Assembly (NCBI GenBank): GCA_965222225.1
Contig: CBDCTK010000002.1
Coordinates: 128,001 to 192,000, forward strand
Direction: 5' to 3'
DNA: 64,000 nt
Source: Candidatus Poribacteria bacterium
GTDB taxonomy: Bacteria > Poribacteria > WGA-4E > JAJDTR01
Shown one piece after another: positions 19,976 to 30,510 of this stretch. The notes under the pieces were generated by a model that did not search any database, was not told the origin of the DNA, and saw nothing but the letters and a program-made list of their open reading frames with translations. The position numbers were made by a program, and so were the translations under genes. The stretch's first letter is position 1, and each line of letters opens with the position of its first letter.

Positions 19976-22606
19976 CTACTCACGATCGGCAACACTGTAG
20001 TAGATCGCATTAAACAAGAGCTTGAACATTCCGTGCGACTGCGCCCGGTGCTTAGGCTTAAAACCAAAAAGAACAACGTGTCCTTTACCGAGATTGACAT
20101 CCAACGCCGCCCCCTTTTGACGGATGCGTTTTTCTCCTTCTATCCAGCCGCTCATGAGTGGATTAAAATTTGGATAGGAGGCAATAATCTTCCCGCCTCT
20201 CACTTCAAACACCGGACCTGACTTGAAGAATACCGCCATCTCACGATCGAGCCCGTATCCGATGGGATGTGCTGTTTCAATGAAAACCCGCAACAGTGAT
20301 CCTGGGCAGAAGAACGTATCCTTTTTGGATTCATGCGCATTTGCCTGACTTGACTCCTCCAATACATTTATCACTTCCAGTCCGAAATACTTGATTGGAA
20401 GCTCACAGGCGTTGTTCAAGCATACGAGTGTTCCGCCGCTTTCCGCAAAGGTTCGAAGATTTGCCGCGCCTGTGTTTCCAATGCCCCCGACGTATTCCGA
20501 AGGGAGACTTCCTGGGGAATGCCCTTGAATCATCTCAGACGCAGGCATATCGGGCAGAATTATTACGTCATATCGCTCCGCCAATCCCCCGGCTCGAATC
20601 TCGGCATCCGTCAATGTGTGGTAGAGGAACTCATGTTGTTCTAATACCCATCGCGTCCAACCTTCATCCATACTTGCCACCCATGGTTTGTACAACCCAA
20701 GACGAGGTAGCCTTAATGGAATCAAATCATCCTCCGCAGGGATCTGGTCAAGCGCATGAATTTCGAGACCAAGCGAATTGGCAATCTCACCTAGCTCAGG
20801 CACGAATTGACTGGGGATTCTTGAAGTTCGGATTAAGATTGAACCTCTCGGAAACACTTCCCCTCTAAGGGTCAATTTCCGAGTGCACCAAGAAAATATT
20901 TCTGTCCCTCCGCTCTCGCCTTCGACAATCGACCGGTTGAGCAGGCGGTTCACCGCAATCGTCTCCACATTTGTTTGGTTCTTGAATAGAAACGCGACCG
21001 GTTCCGGTACGCTATGCAATATCCCTAGGAGCTTAGGAATTTCTTTGAGGAGTACGGTGTCTGCCTCAAATTGACTGACTACTTCAATGGCATTGACTCC
21101 CATTTGCAGAGGCAATGTCCACCCGGCAATATCATAGGGGCGTTCAGAGGGTGCGTTAGCAGTGGGTCGCCGCCGGGGATACCGTTAAATCTCAAGTAGG
21201 TCTTTGGCGTGTGCGCGAAACGGCTGCGCCATAGAAATGACAAACGTTCCCACTGGATATTCAACCAAATCCGCGGTAAAGCGTGCAGTCGCTTGGTGTA
21301 TCCGTACGCCGCCGCGATGCAAGACTTCGAGCATTTTCCGTGCAGCGTAGGGATCTCGCTGTTTCGACGGTACAAGAAAGGCACGGGGAGGTTCGCCGTG
21401 TCCCTTTTCCACGGCATCTAAGCCCATTTTATAAAAATTCGAGAGCAACAGTTCTCTATGTTTTGAGGCAAACTCAAGAATCGAGTATACTGACGCTTTT
21501 TCATATTCGACGATATCGCGTAGTCGCCACCAGCGGCCGGGCCACGGTTCGGGAAAGTTCGTCTGTTGGGCATATCTATCCAGACCGCGACGATGGCCCT
21601 TCAGCCTGAGACGAGGTTGAAATACGGGTGATGCGACGTTTACGCTCGCCGCCTCCGTCAGTATGCCTACCATATTGTGGCGATATGGTACTGTTCGGAA
21701 TCCGCCGTGCCACCACATATCGTAGACGGCGTTGGAAAGTACCCCGGTGAATTCTTCAGAAGTGAGGTCGAAGGCCAGTTGCGCGCCGATGAGCGAGAGG
21801 GTGCGCTGCAGAATTGCGGGAATGTTCGGATTCACGGGATCGAAATAGGGCGGAATAACGAATCGTGCCCCCTTATTTTTCATTTGATGAAGATCGTATA
21901 CCACCTGCGGGTACGACTCTTTGTAGAGAATGTCAGTAACAATTTGCGATTCAACTTGCGTTAGCATAAACCAGTCTCGATTGTTGTCATGTCCCGTGTA
22001 CTTGTGGTATAGCCAAGGCATCGGCGAACCTTCATAGGGTGTGCCAACCCACTGATTGTACCAATCAATCACCATATTCAATCCATCAGGGTTCGTGGAA
22101 GGGATGAGCAAGATGATGACATTCTCCAGAATCTCAGCAACCCGCTCCGAGTTTCTAGTGGCAAGTTCGTGACCCAACTCTAGCGACATTTGTGATGAGG
22201 CAACCTCTGTGGAGTGTAGGTTGCAGTTAATCAATACGATGAATTTCCCTTCCCTGGAAAATCTTTCTAATTCAGATCGGTCAAATTGGTCCGGATGGGC
22301 AAGGCTACGCTGGTAATCTTTATATCTTTCAAGATGTGCCAGATTATCGGGTGAGGATATTACGATCAATGCAAAGTCGAGCCCTTCTGTAGTATTCCCG
22401 CGTATTTGCAACTCCACACGATTGGAGTTTTCCGCCAAGTGGTGGAAATAATCTAATATCGTTTCCCACCGCGCAAGTTTGAAATCTGCGCCGACGGGAA
22501 AACCAATCGAATCTTCTGGCGTAACAATCTGGGCGCGTGCGATGACGACTGGCAGGAAAAAACCTATCATGAAAATAAACAAACGAAAATATCGGGGTTT
22601 CAACAT
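19976..22606 (-). pseudogene. Secreted M14 zinc carboxypeptidase-family protein split by one in-frame TAA (21185-21187)
   Basis: HSTE zinc motif, NPDG, DNNRD, DLHQM; both ORFs in the same frame and sequence continues LLEI*RYP..ERPYDIAGWTLPLQMGV. Confidence 0.85.
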
Positions 22607-22791
22607 AATCTCTCTAAATGTTGACGCATTTGGACGGTGCAAAGGATATTCGATTAAAGTTCAAAGGTAATTTTCTCAGAACGAGAAGGCTCCACTCCTA
22701 AGAAAGTTGCGAGACACGATGTGGCAACCGGGTTTGAGTGGCCGGTTTTATCGCACATGGAGCGGTAGCGAACGCCTCGACACGGATATTG

Positions 22792-22820
22792 AGTATAGCG
22801 CATGCTAATAGTATTGTCAA
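22792..22820 (-). promoter_or_regulatory. Sigma70 promoter for the M14 peptidase gene
   Basis: Minus strand TTGACA-N17-TATACT. Confidence 0.7.
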
Positions 22821-22840
22821 TATCGGATACTAATGTTCGC

Positions 22841-22870
22841 TTGACAGGATCTTTACGCCTCTGTTATGAT
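22841..22870 (+). promoter_or_regulatory. Divergent sigma70 promoter
   Basis: TTGACA-N18-TATGAT with extended -10 TG, back-to-back with the 22792-22820 promoter. Confidence 0.6.
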
Positions 22871-23021
22871 AAATCGTTGGCGTTCAGTAGGATTGATAAT
22901 CGGAAAGTTGGAAATGTGTCGTCATTGGGGTAATGTAGAAAAGGGGCTGGATAACCGGGCGTACAAACCGTGTTGGCTAGTTACCTATCAGGTCTGTCGG
23001 GTTTCGCCTTGTGGAAGAGAT

Positions 23022-24851
23022 ATGGTTCGGTGGAAGTTAGTTGTAGGGATCCTCGGGCTGTTAGCCGTCTCGTTACAAGCGAATGCGCAGTCTGCGTTAA
23101 GTCATACTTCGGGGAATGTCGCGGTTGCAGTTACGGATTTCGGATCATTGGGAGCAGTTAGGGAAAGCGCCATCGCACCCAACTTTAGATTCCCCAAATC
23201 TGACGGTAGGTATTACCTGTATGAACGATCGGAGATTTGGGTTGGCGATCGAAACGGAAATGTTGCAAACACTTGGGAGTGGGATGCCAAAGAAGAACAG
23301 TGGTTGTTAGACGAATGGAGACCCACCACAGAAGGACGGATTGCCGGGCACGTAGAACGCGACGGACGACAGATTATCACGGCACAATATGCTCCGTCGG
23401 GAGCAACGGATTTTCCACTAGATCTTTTGGTCAATCAAACCAGTTTTTCATGGCGAGGAAGCGAGGCACCCGGTACGGAAGAGTTTGTCATTATTAGGCT
23501 TACAGTAGTAAATGAGGGGGACAGCGACCATGATGGAATTTATGTGGCGCTCATGGCAGATTGGGATGTCGATGCGCCAGTGGATGAACTGGACGAGCCA
23601 AGCCTTGATCGCGTTGAATGGGATGAAGATCGCCGAACGCTTTTCGCTTATGATGCCGATGAGTCAGACGGGATAAATTCGGTTCATGCCGGCTTGGCTT
23701 TGCTCGACGGAGAATTGAGCACCCACCGAATTGTTCTCTTTGATGTAGGCAATTTTACTGATGCCGCGAAATCGCGTTTCATGAGCGATCAATCTTTGAA
23801 TCAAGAAACCGGCGAAGCTTTGCCGCCTCAGGACTACGTGTCGGTCCTTGTCGCTGGCCCCTATAATCTGGAAGCCCGAGGTTCGTTTTCGGTGACTTTC
23901 GCACTACTTGTTGGAGAGGCACTAGCAGCTCTCCAGGAAAATATCAATGTGGCGAAAAGAATGAGTTACACTCCGCAGCGGCTTGCTGCAGAAACGCTAG
24001 GCGAGTCTATTGAATTGGCATGGGAACGACCAATTAATTCGAGCGTTGGGGGCTATATTGTGTTTAGGCGTCATGCGGACACAAATCAGTTCGAAAGGTT
24101 AACCGAGAACCCTTTCGATCTTCCCAATTTCACGGATACACAGATTGAATTCGGATCGCAGTATGCCTACTTTGTTCGGCCAGTTGGCTCGGACGGGCAT
24201 CCACTTCCGTTTGATTCAAGAGAAGTGAGTATAACTCCGAGTCTTGCTCCAACCCCTCCGGATGACGTGACGGCGATTCTTGAGGAAAATAAAGTGTTCG
24301 TTAGTTGGAAGAAATCCTCGGAACCGGCTATACCGGCTATAGTAGGGTATCTCATTTATCGTAACCACACGGGGCGGGAACCGTGGACACAAATAAAGGT
24401 TGTTTCTTCAGACAGCGCCAACTATGTCGACTTAGACGTGTATCCGGGGCTGTCCTATTTCTATTCTATCACGGCGATGAATTCGTCTGGAAAGCAAAGC
24501 GAGTTTTCAATGGCGGCGAACGTTGTGGTTCCGGGTGACCCGTTAGACCAACTGAGATCCAACCTTGAGAATGTCATTGTTGTTCCCAATCCATACCGAA
24601 TCGAAGCTAACGGCAATCCGATTGAATTTCGCAATTTAACTCGTCACGCAACAATTCGCATCTTTAGTAGCGTCGGCGATCTCATCAAGACAATTGAACA
24701 TCATAGTGAAACGCCGACCAAGACATGGGATGGGCGCACAACAGACGGCAGTCTACTCGCGGACGGGGTCTATATCTATCACGTTGAATCACCGAGGGAA
24801 ACTGGTCGGGGACTGACAACTGTTAGCGGCAAATTTGCAGTCATTCGGTGA
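23022..24851 (+). CDS. Secreted protein with two FN3-like domains and a C-terminal FlgD-Ig/T9SS-CTD-like domain
   Basis: Signal peptide ending ANA; GYIVFR..FTD..Y.Y.V repeats; VVPNPY..IRIFSSVGDLIKTI..WDGRT..LADGVYIY. Confidence 0.8.
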   Translation: MVRWKLVVGILGLLAVSLQANAQSALSHTSGNVAVAVTDFGSLGAVRESAIAPNFRFPKSDGRYYLYERSEIWVGDRNGNVANTWEWDAKEEQWLLDEWRPTTEGRIAGHVERDGRQIITAQYAPSGATDFPLDLLVNQTSFSWRGSEAPGTEEFVIIRLTVVNEGDSDHDGIYVALMADWDVDAPVDELDEPSLDRVEWDEDRRTLFAYDADESDGINSVHAGLALLDGELSTHRIVLFDVGNFTDAAKSRFMSDQSLNQETGEALPPQDYVSVLVAGPYNLEARGSFSVTFALLVGEALAALQENINVAKRMSYTPQRLAAETLGESIELAWERPINSSVGGYIVFRRHADTNQFERLTENPFDLPNFTDTQIEFGSQYAYFVRPVGSDGHPLPFDSREVSITPSLAPTPPDDVTAILEENKVFVSWKKSSEPAIPAIVGYLIYRNHTGREPWTQIKVVSSDSANYVDLDVYPGLSYFYSITAMNSSGKQSEFSMAANVVVPGDPLDQLRSNLENVIVVPNPYRIEANGNPIEFRNLTRHATIRIFSSVGDLIKTIEHHSETPTKTWDGRTTDGSLLADGVYIYHVESPRETGRGLTTVSGKFAVIR

Positions 24852-24966
24852 GACATATAATGCTACCGGACTACAGGTTGCCGTATCAATCTTACCCGAG
24901 CGCCAAAAGTAAGTTATATTCAACTAATGACCGAAATCTCTTCGGAGAATTTTCGTCATTATTTCC

Positions 24967-24995
24967 TTGACAGAGTTCCGATTATTTTGTAAACT
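24967..24995 (+). promoter_or_regulatory. Putative sigma70 promoter
   Basis: TTGACA-N17-TAAACT. Confidence 0.55.
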
Positions 24996-25153
24996 GTTAT
25001 TCCGGTCAAAAAACGTTGCCCTACCAAGGTGACGAAGGTTGGGAATTTTACTTTATAGGCGTCCCGTTGTGAGCAAAATTCAAGGCAGACTAGGACCGGA
25101 ATATAAAATTCACCGAATGATATCACGTCATCACAGAGGAGAACAGAACGAGC

Positions 25154-26359
25154 ATGAAGAAGTTGTTGATGATACCGCTGCTTTTGATATTGGTTTCAGC
25201 CTCCGGATGCGAACAGAAGCAGATAATCACCCAATTGGATGTCGGTGCGAAGAAGCTCTTGGGTGCAGGTCTGGTTATAGAAGCGGTTAAAAACCTGAAA
25301 CGAGCCGAAATCGAAGAGAAAAATAGGGCTAAGCCGCGGGCTTTGTTAGCAATTGCCTATGCGCATGGGATTTCCACTGGGATGGCGCGTATCCAGTCGC
25401 CGGAATTGGAAGCCGAGTATAAGAGGGAAAAAGATCTTAGGGTCGCGGCACTGAATGAAGCGGAGATGAAGGTAATCTTCCAGGTTTTGGATGAGCGGCA
25501 TCGCGTTCAGAAGGATGCGAAGCAGATATTGATTGACAAGGGAGTTGACGTTGTTCCCCTAATTCTTGATAACCTGAAAAAGGGGCGCTACTTGAATGTC
25601 CAGACCGATTTCGTGGAGATGTTGAAGGAGATTGGGCCAAAAGCGGTGCCTCAAATTCTTGTCGCGATTGGCGACGCCGATACACCGATAAATGTGAATG
25701 CCAAGCTCGTCAGGTTGACCGGGGATATTGGCGACCCAAGTGCAAGCGTCAAGTTAGAATCAATCCGGAGCAGTAGTCCAAGCTCGGGACTGAAAATGGA
25801 GATTATTACCACCCTCTATCGACTTGGGAAGAAAGAGTACCGAGAAGAGATTATAGCGGGATTACGCGCTAGCGATGTTCGGGAACGCCGTGCGGCGGCA
25901 TGGGCTATGCGGTATCTCAACGACTCGCCAACTGCCGATATTGTCGACGCGCTCAAGGATTCTGACGGCAGGGTGCTCCAATATCTTGTCAAGGCACTTG
26001 CGTTACATCCTGCGGAGATTGCGGTTCGTCCCTTGGTCAATTTACTAAAGGGCGATTCCGACAAAAACGTGAAAAACGTTGCCGTCGTTGCTCTCGCGGC
26101 TCATGCCGAAAGTGGCATTGGAAAAGGGTTAGTAGTCCTTCTGATTGACGCCCTGAAATCGGGTGAGGTAATAGATCCGGAAGATCGCCTACGACTGGTA
26201 CAACTCTTGAAGAAAAAGGCTCTCCAGAAACAGATTAAGATGTCTCCGGAAGATATGAATCTCGAATGGAAGATTTGGGAGTACCGAAAATCGGTGGAGC
26301 AGAGCGACATGGTTAAGGATGAGCTTGATTATTTGCTGCAGGAGTTGGAATCAAAATGA
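25154..26359 (+). CDS. HEAT-repeat lipoprotein
   Basis: Lipobox ASGC; HEAT-like units (ERRAAAWAM, DALKDSD, AVRPLVNLLKGD). Confidence 0.8.
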   Translation: MKKLLMIPLLLILVSASGCEQKQIITQLDVGAKKLLGAGLVIEAVKNLKRAEIEEKNRAKPRALLAIAYAHGISTGMARIQSPELEAEYKREKDLRVAALNEAEMKVIFQVLDERHRVQKDAKQILIDKGVDVVPLILDNLKKGRYLNVQTDFVEMLKEIGPKAVPQILVAIGDADTPINVNAKLVRLTGDIGDPSASVKLESIRSSSPSSGLKMEIITTLYRLGKKEYREEIIAGLRASDVRERRAAAWAMRYLNDSPTADIVDALKDSDGRVLQYLVKALALHPAEIAVRPLVNLLKGDSDKNVKNVAVVALAAHAESGIGKGLVVLLIDALKSGEVIDPEDRLRLVQLLKKKALQKQIKMSPEDMNLEWKIWEYRKSVEQSDMVKDELDYLLQELESK

Positions 26360-26486
26360 AATAGAAGGAAATCAGATTCAGTTTGTGACTTGGTAGAAAG
26401 AGCGTACCTAACTTAGTTTTTGCTGATACCAACTTCCCCAGATAGCATCGACTTCACATCGTTTTTTCCCTTGCATCTCACGTAAC

Positions 26487-27236
26487 CTACCAGTTATGAA
26501 TCACATACAGCGGGTCTGAGTTTGGCGCTAATCGGATAGTGGCAGACTCTGCACTTGGCAAAAGTTCGTTCCGCAAGGCATTTCCCAAGTCGGGATCGAC
26601 ACGTAGTCCTGCCAAACTCCAGCGCAAATTTACGCTGTCTTCCATAAGGACGTTGGCGTGTTCGGCAAGAAGTGAAACCCGCTGCAATCCGTCGTTTCTT
26701 CTCGTCAAGCTCAATTCAGATACAACAAAATAGATGGTTTGGAACACATCCCGCATTTCTGCCTTCCACGGGTGTGTGCTCTTGCCGTTTCCGCTGTTGC
26801 ACTCTTGTCTGACACGCCTACCGAAGCGCATCAGTTTCAGATTGCCAAGGAAATGATCCGTCTCATACATGTTCGGGCGGGGAAGCCCGCCGTAGATAAT
26901 AATTCCGCTAACATCGCATTCGTTAATAGCATGAGTGACTGCCAACTGGCCGTCTGTGTAATCCTTGTCTATCTTGCCTACCCACTTGCTGACGGTCTGC
27001 ATGGTCGATGCAGCAAACCTGTCCGTGAAACATTCACAAGAGTCAAGGTCACCAATTAGAATGTTCGGTGAGTACCGTTCGCCGAGAGATTGATTGAGTT
27101 CGTGAAACAATCTTATCCCTCCATCCGCGCAAATCAAGGGATAGTCATGATTTATTCCCCATTCGATTTCCGCTTTATAGAATTCCGGGTAACGGAGGTC
27201 GTAATATCCGTTGAGAAAAATAAGTGCTAAGTTCAT
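26487..27236 (-). CDS. Thiamine pyrophosphokinase-like protein (divergent)
   Basis: ICADGG, IGDLDS, KDYTDGQLA, DHFLGNL motifs of the ThiN/TPK family. Confidence 0.75.
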   Translation of the reverse strand: MNLALIFLNGYYDLRYPEFYKAEIEWGINHDYPLICADGGIRLFHELNQSLGERYSPNILIGDLDSCECFTDRFAASTMQTVSKWVGKIDKDYTDGQLAVTHAINECDVSGIIIYGGLPRPNMYETDHFLGNLKLMRFGRRVRQECNSGNGKSTHPWKAEMRDVFQTIYFVVSELSLTRRNDGLQRVSLLAEHANVLMEDSVNLRWSLAGLRVDPDLGNALRNELLPSAESATIRLAPNSDPLYVIHNW

Positions 27237-27265
27237 AGGACATGCATGCGAAGCTGAATAGCGTA

Positions 27266-28210
27266 CTAAATTGTTAATGTCGATACGTCCTCTATTGGAA
27301 ATACCGCATTATAGGACCGAATCTGCTCTGCTGGATGATAGGACAACTTGACTCGTTTCAGATTCTCCAAACCCGAATCATCCATTGCGTCAATGAATGG
27401 ATAAGTCGCCTTTCTTCGGCAGAATTCCCTGAATAGAAATTGTGCAATTCCCTTCAAGCGCGTGTCCGTTATTTCAAAAATAATACAATATACCCTGTTG
27501 TTAAGAGGATAACCGAAGCTGTAGCCCTTCAATTTTCCTTCAATTCGAACGACAATTCCCTCTAGACCGAGTTCTCCGGCATTCAAGAGCCCCACGTGGT
27601 GGGCATGTTCGGAGTCTTCCAGCATGTATTGATAAAAGGGATCGTACGACGTTTTCCGCCGATCCTGTCGCCACAACTCATACAATTCGAGACAATCAGA
27701 ATAATCTTCGAGTTGGTATGGCGCTAAGGTCACATCTGGTTGATTTCGTATGAAAGTGTTGTAGGCTCCTCGCTTGCTTTTGTAGCGAGTTCCTTTTAGT
27801 TGAACTAGTAAATCTGTTGAATAGAGATATTCGGTCTCCTTTTTGAAAACTTGAAATCCCAGGTCTCGGAGAAAAGGTTGTAACGCTTCCGGCACGTTCT
27901 CAATACGTGCAATTGACTTAGCCCGATTAGTCTCAAGCATGAACAGATACGATTCGCAGATTGCTTTCATACTTGGTGACTTGCCTAGCGGCATAATCGG
28001 CATGAAATAATCGCCATTCTGACAAGCGAAAACGCATAATTGATTGTCGACAATAGTCCAATAAAATTGAAATAACTCTCGCCAGACATAGATTGGCACA
28101 AATGCATAGGTTGAAAGTTCCCAAGAAGTCTTTCGCGCGTAATAATCAAAAAGCGATTTATCCCCTAATGTTAGCGGTTGTAGCATTGTTAGCTCGTGCA
28201 ATAATCGCAT
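27266..28210 (-). CDS. DUF2156 / aminoacyl-tRNA-dependent GNAT-like protein
   Basis: EYLYSTDLLVQLKGTRYKSKR, DDSGLENLKRVKLSYHP; start overlaps upstream stop (TAATG). Confidence 0.85.
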   Translation of the reverse strand: MRLLHELTMLQPLTLGDKSLFDYYARKTSWELSTYAFVPIYVWRELFQFYWTIVDNQLCVFACQNGDYFMPIMPLGKSPSMKAICESYLFMLETNRAKSIARIENVPEALQPFLRDLGFQVFKKETEYLYSTDLLVQLKGTRYKSKRGAYNTFIRNQPDVTLAPYQLEDYSDCLELYELWRQDRRKTSYDPFYQYMLEDSEHAHHVGLLNAGELGLEGIVVRIEGKLKGYSFGYPLNNRVYCIIFEITDTRLKGIAQFLFREFCRRKATYPFIDAMDDSGLENLKRVKLSYHPAEQIRSYNAVFPIEDVSTLTI

Positions 28211-28770
28211 TATACCCTACGCTTTGCGTTGTCCGGTGCCCGACCGAGTTTTCGGAGAGCCGCCACTATTGTTACGGTTTCCTGATACGGGCCAACCAGA
28301 GCCCAGTTATCAGTAATGACTTTGGTGGTCAGTTCCGACTCCACATAGGCTAGGATGTAATTGACATACTGTTGGAAGGACTCTGTTTCAATTTCAGCCT
28401 CTGCGAAGGGGCAGATCGTATCCACACCTAGGACAATCTCTGTTTCATCCTCATTGTACATTAACGCAAAGGGGTAAATCCGGCAATCCAATGGGCGGTT
28501 CGTATAGATTCGGCATTCGCTTGAGTTAGGGTCAAAAAATGGGCAGATGTATATTTCGCCGCAAGATTGCAGTTTTACCCGCGCACTGCGGCCGTCTGCC
28601 ATTTGATGAAACAGATTTCTGTCTGACTCATTGTTGGTTGCGCGTTGAACCTCAGAATCAGTGAAGATTGGCGCAAGGAAGCTGTCGCGATCAGGAAATC
28701 GACAGCAAACATCGCACGATAGACAGGTTTTGCTCGGTACAATCTGTTGGAGTTCCAATAATTTTTGCAT
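28210..28770 (-). CDS. YkgJ-family cysteine-cluster (CxxCxxCC) protein
   Basis: CLSCDVCCRF, CPFF, CRIYTNRPLDCRIYPF, CP. Confidence 0.85.
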   Translation of the reverse strand: MQKLLELQQIVPSKTCLSCDVCCRFPDRDSFLAPIFTDSEVQRATNNESDRNLFHQMADGRSARVKLQSCGEIYICPFFDPNSSECRIYTNRPLDCRIYPFALMYNEDETEIVLGVDTICPFAEAEIETESFQQYVNYILAYVESELTTKVITDNWALVGPYQETVTIVAALRKLGRAPDNAKRRV

Positions 28771-28777
28771 TGACAAT

Positions 28778-29998
28778 TCAGGGCAAAGAAAAATCTCTCT
28801 CTGTCCACTCCTCCGGATCAACGGCGATGCCGTTCACGACCATTCCCCAGTGGAGGTGAGAGCCTGTAACTTGACCGGTTGCTCCCATCAATCCAATGAG
28901 TTGGCCTTTCTCGACTTGCTCTTCGGCAGCTACGTGAATCTTGCTGAGATGGTTGTAACTCGACGATACACCCTGGCCGTGATTGATGACCACTGATTTG
29001 CCGTAGAGATGCAGCCTACCGGCAAGAGTGACAATCCCACTATTGCCCGCATAGATCGGCGTACCCAGCGAATTGGCAATGTCTATACCCAGATGATGGC
29101 GACGGACGCCGGTGTTGTATTCGCGGTATTTTCCGAAACTTGATGTAAGCCGCCCTTTGGCAGGTTTAACAAATTTTCCGTTCCAGAGCTGGGTGTCGAC
29201 CTTTGTTGATTGTGTGTACGCCTTGCCGCGTTTGGCATTGTCTGACTGGCTTTTGGCTTTGTTCATCATGGCCCTGCGTTTTGCTGGCGAGAGCGTAATG
29301 TAACCGCCGCGTTGAAACATCGTGCGCTTGACTTTGAGTCGGAAAACTTCCTCTACAGTGTTGCCGACGAGATCGACAACCCTTAGGGCGAGTGGGTAGG
29401 TTTTCGCGGGGTGAGTTACGCTGATGCCGATTAAACCGCGAAAATATGTGTCCGACACGACTGGATAACAAGTGAAGTTCCAGCCAAAGAGCTTACCTTC
29501 CACTTGTGCTGCCGGTTCATCTATTTGGATGAAAAGCGGGAGCGTCCTTCCTTGTCCAACACGAAGGGATTCAGGTGGAACATTTATCTGTGGTGACGTA
29601 TTGTCAACAAGGAATTCGAAACTTTGTTGAGACTTGTTTCTGAATATAGATTTATCTGCCGCGACTATTGAAACGACGTGGCTGCCATCGGCGAGTGGGG
29701 TTGTATCAATTGCCCGTGATGTGCGTCCCGCTTCGATTTCGTTGAGTGCAAGCGGTTGCGGAGAATCATCAAGCATTAAGCTGAGCGAAGCCAAACCCGA
29801 TCCCGTATCCGTGACGGAGATATTCAGCGTGACGCGCCCGCGATAGGTTTTCCCCGTTTCAATCCCGTTTATTTCGAGATTTGGTGGCGCGAGGTCGAGC
29901 AAAATGGGAACAGCGAGTAATCCCAATGCGACGATTACGATGCCAATGGGGACTATGCACCAACGCCAACGTTTGGTGATTGTCTGCAAAAATGTCAT
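28778..29998 (-). CDS. Membrane-anchored M23 metallopeptidase with Ig-like domains
   Basis: N-terminal TM; HLGIDIA, YNHLS, TGQVTGSHLHW. Confidence 0.9.
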   Translation of the reverse strand: MTFLQTITKRWRWCIVPIGIVIVALGLLAVPILLDLAPPNLEINGIETGKTYRGRVTLNISVTDTGSGLASLSLMLDDSPQPLALNEIEAGRTSRAIDTTPLADGSHVVSIVAADKSIFRNKSQQSFEFLVDNTSPQINVPPESLRVGQGRTLPLFIQIDEPAAQVEGKLFGWNFTCYPVVSDTYFRGLIGISVTHPAKTYPLALRVVDLVGNTVEEVFRLKVKRTMFQRGGYITLSPAKRRAMMNKAKSQSDNAKRGKAYTQSTKVDTQLWNGKFVKPAKGRLTSSFGKYREYNTGVRRHHLGIDIANSLGTPIYAGNSGIVTLAGRLHLYGKSVVINHGQGVSSSYNHLSKIHVAAEEQVEKGQLIGLMGATGQVTGSHLHWGMVVNGIAVDPEEWTERDFSLP

Positions 29999-30275
29999 AA
30001 GGCTATTTTTTCTTGTCTTAATGGCATTCCAGCTTAAATTATACCAGATGGGTTCGAGTATTGACAGGGTTTGATCTCTACTAACGCACATTCCGGGTGG
30101 CTAACCCCCAACTATGTGGATTTGCGTTACCCCTATCTTCATGAAAAAACCGGAGAACTCGTGCGACTGTACGGCGGTGCCATTAATCTGATGATTTGGG
30201 TGCTGTTTATGCAGTTATGCCAAAACTTGGAAGTGCGCTAGGTGCAGCGTATCACCACGCAGCTAAGGATTCCGC

Positions 30276-30303
30276 TTGACAGGATCACGACGATGGGTAT
30301 AAT
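30276..30303 (+). promoter_or_regulatory. Putative sigma70 promoter
   Basis: TTGACA-N16-TATAAT. Confidence 0.6.
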
Positions 30304-30510
30304 TTCGCCTATTGCAATTACGCATTGCAATTCATAATAACGCTGGGCACTCATCTCAATTCTTAGTGTTTTTCCTCTCTCCGTGGTTGAGTGACACGAA
30401 TTGTTTGAATGTTGGTTCTTCATGCTTATTGCCTGCGCACGGCGGAGCGCGTGTAGATGGTCAGTCATTTGATAATAGGCTTGTTCGGTGTACGAGGTAA
30501 TTTTAGTTCT

